From assembly GCA_040880805.1 (NCBI GenBank), contig JBBDHW010000022.1:1-54179 (forward strand): 54,179 bases of DNA. The letters are read 5' to 3'. Positions 39,182-47,786 of this stretch are shown here, piece after piece. The notes beneath the pieces were generated by a model that was not told the origin of the DNA, did no database searches, and saw nothing but the letters and a program-made list of their open reading frames with translations. Source of the DNA: Acidimicrobiia bacterium. GTDB taxonomy: Bacteria; Actinomycetota; Acidimicrobiia; IMCC26256; DASPTH01. Both the position numbers and the translations under genes were made by a program. Within the stretch, counting starts at the first letter, position 1. Each line of letters begins with the position of its first letter.

Positions 39182-39305
39182 CCGATTGCACGCTGCTCGG
39201 CCATGACCCGGCGGAACGCTACCAGTGCGTGACACGGAGCCATGGGCTCTCGACGCTGCTCAGCCGGCGTACATTGTTCGTTCCGCCGACACTGAGCGAG
39301 TGTTG

Positions 39306-40064
39306 ATGCCTACCCCCATCGACGAACGGTTGAGCCTCGTCGTTCCGATCTGGAACGAGGAGGAGGCCATTCAGGTCATGGTCGACGTCGCGCGCGCGGC
39401 CCTTGATGCTCTCGTCGCCGATGCCGAGCTCGGGGGCTATGAGATGGTCCTCGTCGACGACGCGTCGACCGATGGCACCGGCAAGTTGCTCGACGAGCTC
39501 GCGGCGTCCGACTCACGCATTCACGTCGTCCGTCACGAGCGCAATCGTGGCTTGGGCGGCGCGGTCCGCTCGGGGCTCGCTGCGTCTACCGGCGACCTCG
39601 TGCTCTACACCGACGCCGATCTCCCGTTCGACCTGCGCGAGATCGGGCGGCTCATGCGGATCGTGCGCACGTACCAGGCCGACGTGCTCAGTGGCTACCG
39701 GCTCGATCGTCGGAGCGAGGGCTTCCGCCGCACGCTCTACTCGGGTGTGTACAACGGCCTCATCCGGCTCTCACTCGGTCTTCGGGTGCGCGACGTGAAC
39801 TTCGCGTGCAAGCTCCTGCGCCGACGGGTGCTCGACGCGGTGCAGCTCGAGAGCGAGGGCTCGTTCATCGACGCCGAGCTCATGGCCCGCGCCGACCGGA
39901 TGGGCTTCAGCATCGTGCAGGTCGGTCTCGACTACTTCGCGCGTTCGCGTGGCGTCTCCACGCTGTCGTCGTGGGGGACGATTTCGGGCATCCTCAGCGA
40001 ATGGCGCGCGCTCGCCCCGGAGATCCGCCGCTTGGGGCCGCCCGGCATCGGCAACTCACGCTGA
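39306..40064 (+). CDS. Family 2 glycosyltransferase (polyprenol-phosphate sugar synthase-like)
   Basis: VLVDDASTDGT and YTDADL DxD motifs. Start taken at MPTPIDE. Confidence 0.75.
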   Translation: MPTPIDERLSLVVPIWNEEEAIQVMVDVARAALDALVADAELGGYEMVLVDDASTDGTGKLLDELAASDSRIHVVRHERNRGLGGAVRSGLAASTGDLVLYTDADLPFDLREIGRLMRIVRTYQADVLSGYRLDRRSEGFRRTLYSGVYNGLIRLSLGLRVRDVNFACKLLRRRVLDAVQLESEGSFIDAELMARADRMGFSIVQVGLDYFARSRGVSTLSSWGTISGILSEWRALAPEIRRLGPPGIGNSR

Positions 40065-40097
40065 AACGAGCGGGGCTGGTCTAGTTTCGGCCCCGCC

Positions 40098-40961
40098 ATG
40101 ACGGGGCCGCTGCTCATCGTGAACGCCGACGACTTTGGTCTGACCGCGAACCTCTGTCGCGCCGTCCTGCGCGGGGGTGAGCGCGGGATCGTCACCAGCA
40201 CGTCGGCCCTCGCCAACGGCGCCGCGCTCCCGGGTTCCGCAGCGGCGCTGCGCGACTCCGGCCTCGGCGTGGGCGCCCACCTCGCGGTCGTCGGCCACCA
40301 AGCCCCGGTGCTCGAAGCCCGCGAGGTGCCGACGCTCGTCGACCGGTACGGCCACCTGGCGCCGGGCTGGCGGCCCTTCCTCACGCGCTGCGCGCTCAGG
40401 CGGATCGATCCCGAAGATGTGCGCCGCGAGTTCACCGCGCAGGTCGAGGTGCTCCGCGCCTGCGGTCTGACGCTCACGCACCTCGACACGCACCAGAACC
40501 TCCACCTGTGGCCGAGCATCGCGCGCGTCACCGTCGAGCTCGCGTCGACGAGCGGCATTTCGGCGATTCGCGTGACGCGAACAGCTGGGTGGTCACCGAT
40601 CGCGCTCGGCGTACGACACCTCTCGACGCGACTCGAGGCGCGCGCCCAGAAGGCCAACGTGCTGTTCCCCGACGCCACCGCCGGGTTCGACGAAGCGGGG
40701 CGGCTCGATCTCGAGCGGCTCCGCGGCTCGCTCCAGCGGTTGGCCAAGCTCGGCGTGTCGAGCGCAGAGCTCGTCTGCCATCCCAGCGAGGATGCCGACA
40801 CCGAGCTCGCCGCGCTCGGATGGAACTACCGCGGCCAAGACGAGCTCGACGCGCTCGTGTCGAAGGAGGCACGCGCCGCCGTGGAACGCGCCGGCTTCCG
40901 GCTCGGTACGTTCGCCGATCTCGGCATGCCGCGGCAGGCCAACCGAGAGACGCGCCGGTAG
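40098..40961 (+). CDS. YdjC/ChbG-family carbohydrate deacetylase
   Basis: LLIVNADDFGLT N-terminus with conserved His/Asp of the YdjC fold. Confidence 0.8.
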   Translation: MTGPLLIVNADDFGLTANLCRAVLRGGERGIVTSTSALANGAALPGSAAALRDSGLGVGAHLAVVGHQAPVLEAREVPTLVDRYGHLAPGWRPFLTRCALRRIDPEDVRREFTAQVEVLRACGLTLTHLDTHQNLHLWPSIARVTVELASTSGISAIRVTRTAGWSPIALGVRHLSTRLEARAQKANVLFPDATAGFDEAGRLDLERLRGSLQRLAKLGVSSAELVCHPSEDADTELAALGWNYRGQDELDALVSKEARAAVERAGFRLGTFADLGMPRQANRETRR

Positions 40962-40971
40962 GCTGCGGTTC

Positions 40972-42201
40972 GTGCTCACCGAGCCGGCGCACGGAGCTGC
41001 GCTTGTTGCGGAGGGCACCGACCGGTCAGGCGCCACATGGCTCGTCCGCCGAGCCGCGCTCGCCTACGTCGCGATCGCGATCGCGCTCACGGCTGTCGGC
41101 GCGCTCGCCACGAGCCTTCCCGATACGAAGGGCACGCTCGAGTTCGGCGGTTCCGACGTACTCGCCGGGTGGTGTCACTACGACTGCGGCTGGTACGTCG
41201 ACATCGCCGACCGCGGGTACTTCTACATTCCCGGTACTCAGTCGTCGGTTGCCTTCTTCCCGGGCTATCCGCTGGTCGCGCGTCCGCTCGCGCGGCTGAT
41301 CGACAACACACCGCTCGCGCTGATCATGGTCACGTGGGTCGCGGGCCTTGCGACCGTGATGCTGTTCGCGTTCTGGTGCGCGACGAGGCTCGAGCGACGC
41401 ACCGCGTTGACCACTGTTGCCTGCTTCGCTCTCTACCCGTACGGGTGGTTCCTCTACGGCGCCGGGTATGCGGATGCGCTGTTCCTCGCGCTCGCCATCG
41501 GCGCGTTCGTGCTCCTCGAACGCGATCACGCGTTGCTCGCCGGGCTCGCCGGGGCGGCCGCGGGCGCCACCCGACCGGTCGGCGTCGCGGTGGCCGTCGG
41601 CCTGCTCCTGCGCGCCATCGAGCGGAGAGGTGGGCTTCCCGCGCGCACCGACAGCACGCGACTCGGGGCGTTCGGCATCCCGGCACGACTCGACCTCCGC
41701 GCGCTGCAACGCCGAGACCTGTGGGTGCTCCTCGCACCCGCGGGCCTGGTCGCGTGGTCCGTGTGGCTCTGGGCCCGGTTCGACGACCCCTTCGCGTACT
41801 CCACCGTGCAGAAGGCGTGGCAACAGGCAGAGGGACCACACACCTGGTTCAAGCTCACCTTCGGCTATCAGGTGCTCCACGATTCCGACTTCGGCTACCG
41901 CGCCGGGCTCGTCGTGCAGGCGCTGCTCACGCTCGTGGTGCTGGTCGCAGTTCCGCTCGTCGCCCGTCGCTTTGGTGCGTCGTACGGTGCGTACACGCTC
42001 GCCGCGGTCGCGCTCCCCGCGGTCGCGACCAGCAACTTCCAGGGAATGGGCCGGTACCTGCTCGGGGCATTCCCGGTGTTCGCGCTCGCGGGCACGCTGC
42101 TCGCCGAACGACCGCGGGTGCGTACGCCGGTGCTGGTCGGAGCGGGCACGCTCCTCGTGATCGGCGCGTTCGGATTCGCGCGCCACTGGTATCTCACGTG
42201 A
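40972..42201 (+). CDS. Integral membrane protein, GT-C-like (polyprenol-phosphate-sugar dependent) glycosyltransferase candidate
   Basis: Multi-TM protein with an early extracytoplasmic loop (YDCGWY, FFPGYPL motifs). GTG start overlaps the deacetylase stop. Confidence 0.55.
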   Translation: MLTEPAHGAALVAEGTDRSGATWLVRRAALAYVAIAIALTAVGALATSLPDTKGTLEFGGSDVLAGWCHYDCGWYVDIADRGYFYIPGTQSSVAFFPGYPLVARPLARLIDNTPLALIMVTWVAGLATVMLFAFWCATRLERRTALTTVACFALYPYGWFLYGAGYADALFLALAIGAFVLLERDHALLAGLAGAAAGATRPVGVAVAVGLLLRAIERRGGLPARTDSTRLGAFGIPARLDLRALQRRDLWVLLAPAGLVAWSVWLWARFDDPFAYSTVQKAWQQAEGPHTWFKLTFGYQVLHDSDFGYRAGLVVQALLTLVVLVAVPLVARRFGASYGAYTLAAVALPAVATSNFQGMGRYLLGAFPVFALAGTLLAERPRVRTPVLVGAGTLLVIGAFGFARHWYLT

Positions 42202-42863
42202 TCGACGCCGCGGCGGCGACTGCCCGCCGCGCGTACGCATCCGAGTCGATCGGCACGCGCGTGCACACCGCCCTCCGGTGGCGCACCTGCCCGTTCCGTG
42301 ACGTCGCCGCCGTGGTGCCGTGCCACGGTGAAATCCTCGACGCCGGCTGCGGCCACGGCCTCCTCAGCCTCTATCTGGCGGCGCAGGCACCCGAGCGCCG
42401 CATCACCGGCGTCGACATCGACGACGAGAAGCTCGTGGTGGCGCGTCGAGCCATGGCCGCGGCGCACGTCGAGAAGCGCGTGACGTTCGAACGAGTCGAT
42501 CCCGACTGGCGTCCGGACCCGCAGTGGGACGCGATCGTGGAGGTCGACATGCTCTACCTCCTCGGTTGCACGCGCTCAGCCGAGTGGCTGCGCATCGCAG
42601 CAGCGGCGCTCGCGCCCGGCGGTCGCCTCGTGGTGAAGGAGCTCGACGTGACGCCGGCGTGGAAGGCGCGGTGGAGCCGGTTCCAGGAGCTGCTCGCGAC
42701 GCGCGTCATGCGCATCACGGAAGGCGAGGAGCTCGAACTGATCCCGCGCGCCGAAGTGGTCGCGACGATGACGGCGGCCGGGCTCACCGTTGACGCGCGT
42801 CGGCTCGACCGCGGGCGGCTACACCCTCACTACATCGCGGTGGGAACGCGAGCGGACTCCTGA
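42198..42863 (+). CDS. Class I SAM-dependent methyltransferase
   Basis: ILDAGCGHGLLSLYL motif I. GTG start overlaps the upstream stop. Confidence 0.75.
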   Translation: MIDAAAATARRAYASESIGTRVHTALRWRTCPFRDVAAVVPCHGEILDAGCGHGLLSLYLAAQAPERRITGVDIDDEKLVVARRAMAAAHVEKRVTFERVDPDWRPDPQWDAIVEVDMLYLLGCTRSAEWLRIAAAALAPGGRLVVKELDVTPAWKARWSRFQELLATRVMRITEGEELELIPRAEVVATMTAAGLTVDARRLDRGRLHPHYIAVGTRADS

Positions 42864-42865
42864 CC

Positions 42866-43249
42866 ATGGCCATGCCCGCGCGATTCCCGATCCGATTCAC
42901 CTGGGCGAACCGCGCCATGGTGCTGCTCGGGATCGTGCCCGACCACTGCCGAGTGGAAGTTGACGAGGGGGAGCTCCGTGTGCGCATGGCGTGGGCGTTC
43001 CGGCTCGACGTACCGCGCGCGAACGTTCGCGCCGCGGCGCACGACGACCGCCGCGTGTGGGCCTGGGGTGTGCACGGCTGGCGAGGAACATGGCTGGTGA
43101 ACGGCTCGTCGTCGGGGCTCGTGCGCATCGAGCTGGATCCCGCAGGGCATGGCCGGGTGACGGGCTTCCCTGTTCGGGTCCGCGTGCTCCTGGTGTCGGT
43201 GGAAGACCCCGACGCGCTCGTCGACGTGTTGACGATGCCTACGCGGTGA
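42866..43249 (+). CDS. Hypothetical protein
   Basis: Placed by operon position (3 nt after the methyltransferase stop). No recognisable motif. Confidence 0.4.
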   Translation: MAMPARFPIRFTWANRAMVLLGIVPDHCRVEVDEGELRVRMAWAFRLDVPRANVRAAAHDDRRVWAWGVHGWRGTWLVNGSSSGLVRIELDPAGHGRVTGFPVRVRVLLVSVEDPDALVDVLTMPTR

Positions 43250-43622
43250 CGACGCGCACGGAGAGCCCGGCCGCGGTGACGAGGTGCCCGACATCGTCCG
43301 GATCGCTCGTGATGATCTCGTCGCCATCGCGGGCGACGAGGACGACCGCTGCGTCGATGGCGCCGCCAGTACCGGCGACACTCAGCAGTACTCCGCAGGC
43401 ACGGCCCAACTGATCGTCGATGGGCACCACGTCGACGGCCTTCAACAACCAGCCAACGTTGGCCTGGCGCCCGCTCGCGTCGCGCCAAACCTGCGCGACG
43501 ACGAGCGGATGGGTGCGCAGCTCGAGACCGTGTATCTGTGCGACTCTGAGTCGACGCGTGATGGCGCGGTCGCCACGGTCAACCGCGACGAGCGCGCCGG
43601 CGTCGAGAACGAGCGCGCTCAC
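43239..43622 (-). CDS. PIN-domain protein, VapC-like toxin candidate
   Basis: N-terminal LVLDAGALVAVD and C-terminal AIDAAVVLVARDGDEIITSDPDDVGHL match the acidic residues of PIN-domain nucleases. GTG start. Confidence 0.6.
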   Translation of the reverse strand: MSALVLDAGALVAVDRGDRAITRRLRVAQIHGLELRTHPLVVAQVWRDASGRQANVGWLLKAVDVVPIDDQLGRACGVLLSVAGTGGAIDAAVVLVARDGDEIITSDPDDVGHLVTAAGLSVRVVTA

Positions 43623-43697
43623 GCGTGAGGGCCGGCCCGCAGACCAAGTTCGGCTTCTGCCGCCGCAAGCTCCTCGGGCGCACCGGAGTAGGAACGA

Positions 43698-43898
43698 CTA
43701 CGAGGCTTTGCGCTCCGGAGCGATGACCTCGGAGCGGCGGTGGCGGCGCCTCACCCGGACGGCGGCCAGCTCGCCGTGGTCCTCTTCCAGCCAGCCACAG
43801 GCACAGATCAGGAGATCGTCGGCCGACGGGTGGAACTGCGCGCAGGCTTCGAACCGCAGTGCCCCGGCCTCGATCGTGTTCTCGATCACGCTCTCCAT
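43698..43898 (-). CDS. Small Cys/His-containing hypothetical ORF upstream of the PIN gene (possible non-canonical antitoxin)
   Basis: 66-aa ORF (MESVIENTIEAGALRFEACAQFHPSADDLLICACGW...) that ends 76 nt before the PIN start. No RHH, AbrB or Phd signature. Confidence 0.3.
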   Translation of the reverse strand: MESVIENTIEAGALRFEACAQFHPSADDLLICACGWLEEDHGELAAVRVRRRHRRSEVIAPERKAS

Positions 43899-43978
43899 GA
43901 AGTGCCTCCCGGTGCTGTGGATGCTCACTCCGCGAGCATCGCGCCGGGGTAAGACACTCATTCCTCGATCGAGGACGT

Positions 43979-46078
43979 TCATTCCTTCATCGGGGGCTCG
44001 TCGAGGCCGCTCGGCGGCTCCGGGACCGGTTCGGGGACCGTTTCGGATGCGCCGATGGCAACGGTGCCGGGAGCCGCCGGCGTGTCGCTGCCACCGCCGC
44101 TGCTCCCGCTTCCTCCGCCGCCGCCACCACTACCACCATTGGAGAAGAAGCGCATGAGCGTCGCCGCGAGCCCGTCGATCGGGCCCCCACCCCCGCCACC
44201 GCCGGTGACGAGCACCTCGGGCACCACCGTGATGTGGCCCTCGGCCACCGCGTTCGCGACCGCGACAACCGCCGTGGCGCCGCCTCCGAGCGCCTTGGTC
44301 TGGGCTTCGAACCCGATCGCGCGCGCGAGGCCGAGGGCCTCGGTGGCCTTCGCCTCGGCGAGCCCGATCGCCTGGACCTTCGTCGCCTCGGCACGACCGG
44401 TGAGCTCGACGTACGCGGCCTCGCCTTTGCCTTCGTTCTCTCGTGCCTCGGCTTCGTTGGCCTTGATCTGCACGCCCACTTGCGCGCCCGCGAGTTGAGC
44501 CTGCATGTCGGCGGTGCCCTTCGCCTTCTCCATCTCGATGCGCGAGGTCTGCGCGCGTTGTTGCTCCTCGAAGGTCGCCTTTTCCTGATTCGCGATCTCG
44601 CGCTGGGTGAGCACGAGCACGAGCTCGGGTGGGAACACGACGTCCTGGATGTACACACCCCGCGTCTCCACCTCGTATTGGACGAGATAGCGCGTGATCG
44701 CCTCCAGTGCCGCGGCCTGCACTTCGCGCCGCGTCTCGATGAACTTCACCGCTTCGAGCGCCTGGAGCGTGTTGCGGAAGTGGTTGCCCACCGCCGACTG
44801 GAGCACCTCGCTCACCAGGTTCCGCATCGTGCCGACCATCGAGATCACCTTGGGCGCGCGCGTGTCGGGCACGTGGATCTGCACTTGCAGGTCGATCTGG
44901 AACACGAATCCTTCACGGCTCTTGCCGACGATCGACGACAGCTGCGCGTCGAGGTCGTGTGCTTCGGAAGTCGCGTCGGCCCAGTTCAACGTGAGGATGA
45001 ACGTGGGAACGATCTCGGCCGCGTAGACGCGCGGGTTGATGGGGTACTTGCCGGTGCGCAACGGCTCCTGCCAGATGCCGCGGTGGCCCGGTCGCACGAT
45101 CGACCCGAACTTGAACTCCGCTCCCGACGTGTCGAGCGTGGGAAGACCGACGAAGCCCTTGATCACCGCGACCTCACCCTGGTTCACGACGAGCATCGGC
45201 ACGAGATCGACGCGCACCAGGAACGGGTTCAGCAGGTACGCGCCGTAGAGCAGCGGGTCGTGCTGCAGCCCGATCTTTCCGCCGGCGTCGAGGAAGGCCT
45301 GGTAGTCCTGGTAGTTGTTGTGCACCTCGTTCTTGCTGCCGAGCAGCACTTCGATGAGGTCGGCGTCTTGCACGCCTCCCTCACGGGTTTCCATCTCGGC
45401 GATGTCGTCGAACCCGCCCAGCCGGCTCGCGATGTCGCCCGACGGCAGCGGTGGTCCCTCGAGCGTGGTCACCACGCCGATCAGGTCGATCGCGCCGTCG
45501 GGCGCGATGATGACCACGCGGAGTTGATCGGGCGACAGACCGAACGACTGCGGTGAGAGCATCCCGCCTTTCGATTGCGAGACGAGCTCCGGCGACACCG
45601 GCAACCCGTACACGCCTTGGGTGGTGACCACGAGGAACGCGACGGGGTGGATGGGCACGAGGGTGCCCGGTGGGAGGACCGGCCGTTGTACGCCCTTCTG
45701 CCCGCCGCCCTCGACGAAACCCTGGAGTGCGGAGAAGTTGCCGAACTCGGTCTTGTACTCGGCGCTCTTCGCGCCGATCGGCAGCGGCGCTCCCACTTGC
45801 GCGATCACCACGCCGATCTCACCTGCGGGCACCTGCACCCACGGGAACTTCTTCACCCCGAACATCGGCCACAGCTTGAGACGCAACCCCGGCATGAGCA
45901 GCGTGGCCTGGTAACCCGCCTCGCCGCGGAACCCGATCGGGTTGTCTTCGGAGAGCTTGCGGAACGCGAACCGCTTCGAGACCAGTCCCACCTCGGCCGG
46001 GCCGATCGAATGGAACGACTTGAGAACGATCGCGATGATCAACACGACCACCACGATGATCGCGATCAGACCACCCAT
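43979..46078 (-). CDS. Flotillin-family protein (SPFH/band 7 domain, YqiK-like) with a Gly-rich C-terminus
   Basis: N-terminal TM, then an SPFH domain and a long coiled-coil EA-rich region (AQLAGAQVGVQIKANEAEARENEGKGEAAY). Confidence 0.85.
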   Translation of the reverse strand: MGGLIAIIVVVVLIIAIVLKSFHSIGPAEVGLVSKRFAFRKLSEDNPIGFRGEAGYQATLLMPGLRLKLWPMFGVKKFPWVQVPAGEIGVVIAQVGAPLPIGAKSAEYKTEFGNFSALQGFVEGGGQKGVQRPVLPPGTLVPIHPVAFLVVTTQGVYGLPVSPELVSQSKGGMLSPQSFGLSPDQLRVVIIAPDGAIDLIGVVTTLEGPPLPSGDIASRLGGFDDIAEMETREGGVQDADLIEVLLGSKNEVHNNYQDYQAFLDAGGKIGLQHDPLLYGAYLLNPFLVRVDLVPMLVVNQGEVAVIKGFVGLPTLDTSGAEFKFGSIVRPGHRGIWQEPLRTGKYPINPRVYAAEIVPTFILTLNWADATSEAHDLDAQLSSIVGKSREGFVFQIDLQVQIHVPDTRAPKVISMVGTMRNLVSEVLQSAVGNHFRNTLQALEAVKFIETRREVQAAALEAITRYLVQYEVETRGVYIQDVVFPPELVLVLTQREIANQEKATFEEQQRAQTSRIEMEKAKGTADMQAQLAGAQVGVQIKANEAEARENEGKGEAAYVELTGRAEATKVQAIGLAEAKATEALGLARAIGFEAQTKALGGGATAVVAVANAVAEGHITVVPEVLVTGGGGGGGPIDGLAATLMRFFSNGGSGGGGGGSGSSGGGSDTPAAPGTVAIGASETVPEPVPEPPSGLDEPPMKE

Positions 46079-46112
46079 GACGCCACCTCTCCTTCTTCTG
46101 CCTTCTCATGGT

Positions 46113-46460
46113 TCACAGCGAGCGCGTGTAGTCGACGACCTGCTGGATCTCGTTGGCCGACAGCTGGCCGCCGAACGCGGGCATGCCGCTCGCGCCGCGC
46201 GTGACGAACTTCACCTCGTCGGCGACGTTCGGGAAGCGCTTCGCGACCGCCCCGTCGGAGAGCTGTGGACCAAGGCCACCACCGCCGTCGCTGCCATGAC
46301 ACCGAGCGCAGTTGGCGGCGAACAACGCGGCGCCCGGTGACGCGTTCGCACCGCTGCTGCCACCCGACTCCGATGGCTCGTTCGTGAACAGCAGCAGGAA
46401 GAACACCGCGGCTGCAACCAGCGCCAGTACCTCCACCACGTTCACGATGCGCTTGAACAT
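46113..46460 (-). CDS. c-type cytochrome (single CxxCH), membrane-anchored
   Basis: N-terminal TM, CARCH haem-binding motif and a downstream Met (ASGMPAFGG). The start overlaps the upstream stop (ATGA). Confidence 0.7.
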   Translation of the reverse strand: MFKRIVNVVEVLALVAAAVFFLLLFTNEPSESGGSSGANASPGAALFAANCARCHGSDGGGGLGPQLSDGAVAKRFPNVADEVKFVTRGASGMPAFGGQLSANEIQQVVDYTRSL

Positions 46461-47032
46461 CAGAAGAGGGGGATGGCCGGCGGCCGCGACGTGAAGAACC
46501 AGACGCTGCTCGTGAGCCAGATCCCCACGAGCGCGGCGAACACGAGGCCGCCGACGATCGGCAGCGCTCGGCCGGGAAGGCCGTGCATTCGTACGGCCAG
46601 CACCTTCACCGTGAACGCGCCGTAGAACACGCAGCCGAGAATCGAGTGGACCAGCACCCGGGAGTCGGTGGACTGGAAGCCGATGCCCCAGAGGCACTGG
46701 TACGCGACCGGCAGGCTGAGCGCGAACGCGGCGGTGCCCACGAGCCGGTGGGCGTCACCGAGCCATGGTGGCACAGTGCGTGGCACGTTCAGCTTGCCGT
46801 AGATGCGCATCGCGAGCAGTAGCTGCGCGACCGCGAGCACCACGACCGCGGTGGCGAACCACACCTTGAGCTCGATCGTCCCCGTGAAGAACAGCGTGTA
46901 CGGCTTCTCGCCGGTGGGGTCGTGCACGTGGCTGTACACGCCGAGAGCCACCGAGACCGCGCCGCCCGCGAGCAGAGGGATCAGCAGCTTGACCGTGGGA
47001 TCACTGCGTGTGACCGGCGCCGTCGTCATCAT
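46460..47032 (-). CDS. Four-TM membrane protein with conserved His residues (possible haem-binding partner of the cytochrome c)
   Basis: Four hydrophobic helices carrying His (SHVHD, HRLVG, HSILG, RMHG). Translationally coupled to the cytochrome c gene. The start is uncertain. Confidence 0.5.
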   Translation of the reverse strand: MMTTAPVTRSDPTVKLLIPLLAGGAVSVALGVYSHVHDPTGEKPYTLFFTGTIELKVWFATAVVVLAVAQLLLAMRIYGKLNVPRTVPPWLGDAHRLVGTAAFALSLPVAYQCLWGIGFQSTDSRVLVHSILGCVFYGAFTVKVLAVRMHGLPGRALPIVGGLVFAALVGIWLTSSVWFFTSRPPAIPLF

Positions 47033-47044
47033 GGCTCCGTCGTC

Positions 47045-47785
47045 ATGGCGGCCCCTTCCCGCGCGCATCGTACGCTGCCGGAGTTACGCTCGGGCGTGCC
47101 GTCGTTGCCCGACCGCCTCCGCGTGCTCGCGGGCGACGCCGTCCATTACGCGTGGGAGGGGTTCGCCCGCGCCGCAACCATCAAACCCGGGAGCGCGCGG
47201 GCCCGACGATTCCGCCGATTCGGTGAGCGGTCCGCGATCTGTTTTCCCGTCGCCGCGCTCTTCGGTGAGGAGTACATGGAGATCGGCGAGGGTTCCATCG
47301 TCGGTCCGCACTGCACGATGTCGGCCGGGATCATGCCCGGCCACACGCTGGGGAACGTCCCCCGGCTCCGCATCGGCGACCGGTGCCTCCTGGGCAAGGG
47401 CAGCGGCATCGTCACGCACGACTCGATCGAGATCGGCGACGACGTCTTCACCGGCCACTACGTCTACATCACCGACGCCAGCCACGGCTACGAGGACGTC
47501 ACGCTCCCGATCGGCCGGCAATTCGGCGAGGCCAAGCCGGTGCGCGTCGGTGACGGGTCCTGGCTCGGGCACGGCGTCGTGGTCCTGCCGGGCGCCGACA
47601 TCGGCCGCCACGTGGCCGTGGGCGCCGGCTCGGTGGTCACCGGCCCGTTGCCCGACTTCAGCGTCGCCGTCGGCAGCCCCGCGCGCGTGATCCGCCGCTA
47701 CGTCGACGGCGAGGGTTGGGTGCGGGTGCCTGAGGAGCGAACGGCTGCGAGCCGGGTACCCCGGCGCGCAGTGAGCGACCCATGA
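47045..47785 (+). CDS. Hexapeptide-repeat acyltransferase (sugar O-acetyltransferase-like); start uncertain
   Basis: Left-handed beta-helix repeats (IGDRCLLGKGSGIV...IGDDVFTGHYVYI...VGDGSWLGHGVVVLPGADIG). Confidence 0.6.
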   Translation: MAAPSRAHRTLPELRSGVPSLPDRLRVLAGDAVHYAWEGFARAATIKPGSARARRFRRFGERSAICFPVAALFGEEYMEIGEGSIVGPHCTMSAGIMPGHTLGNVPRLRIGDRCLLGKGSGIVTHDSIEIGDDVFTGHYVYITDASHGYEDVTLPIGRQFGEAKPVRVGDGSWLGHGVVVLPGADIGRHVAVGAGSVVTGPLPDFSVAVGSPARVIRRYVDGEGWVRVPEERTAASRVPRRAVSDP

Positions 47786-47786
47786 T

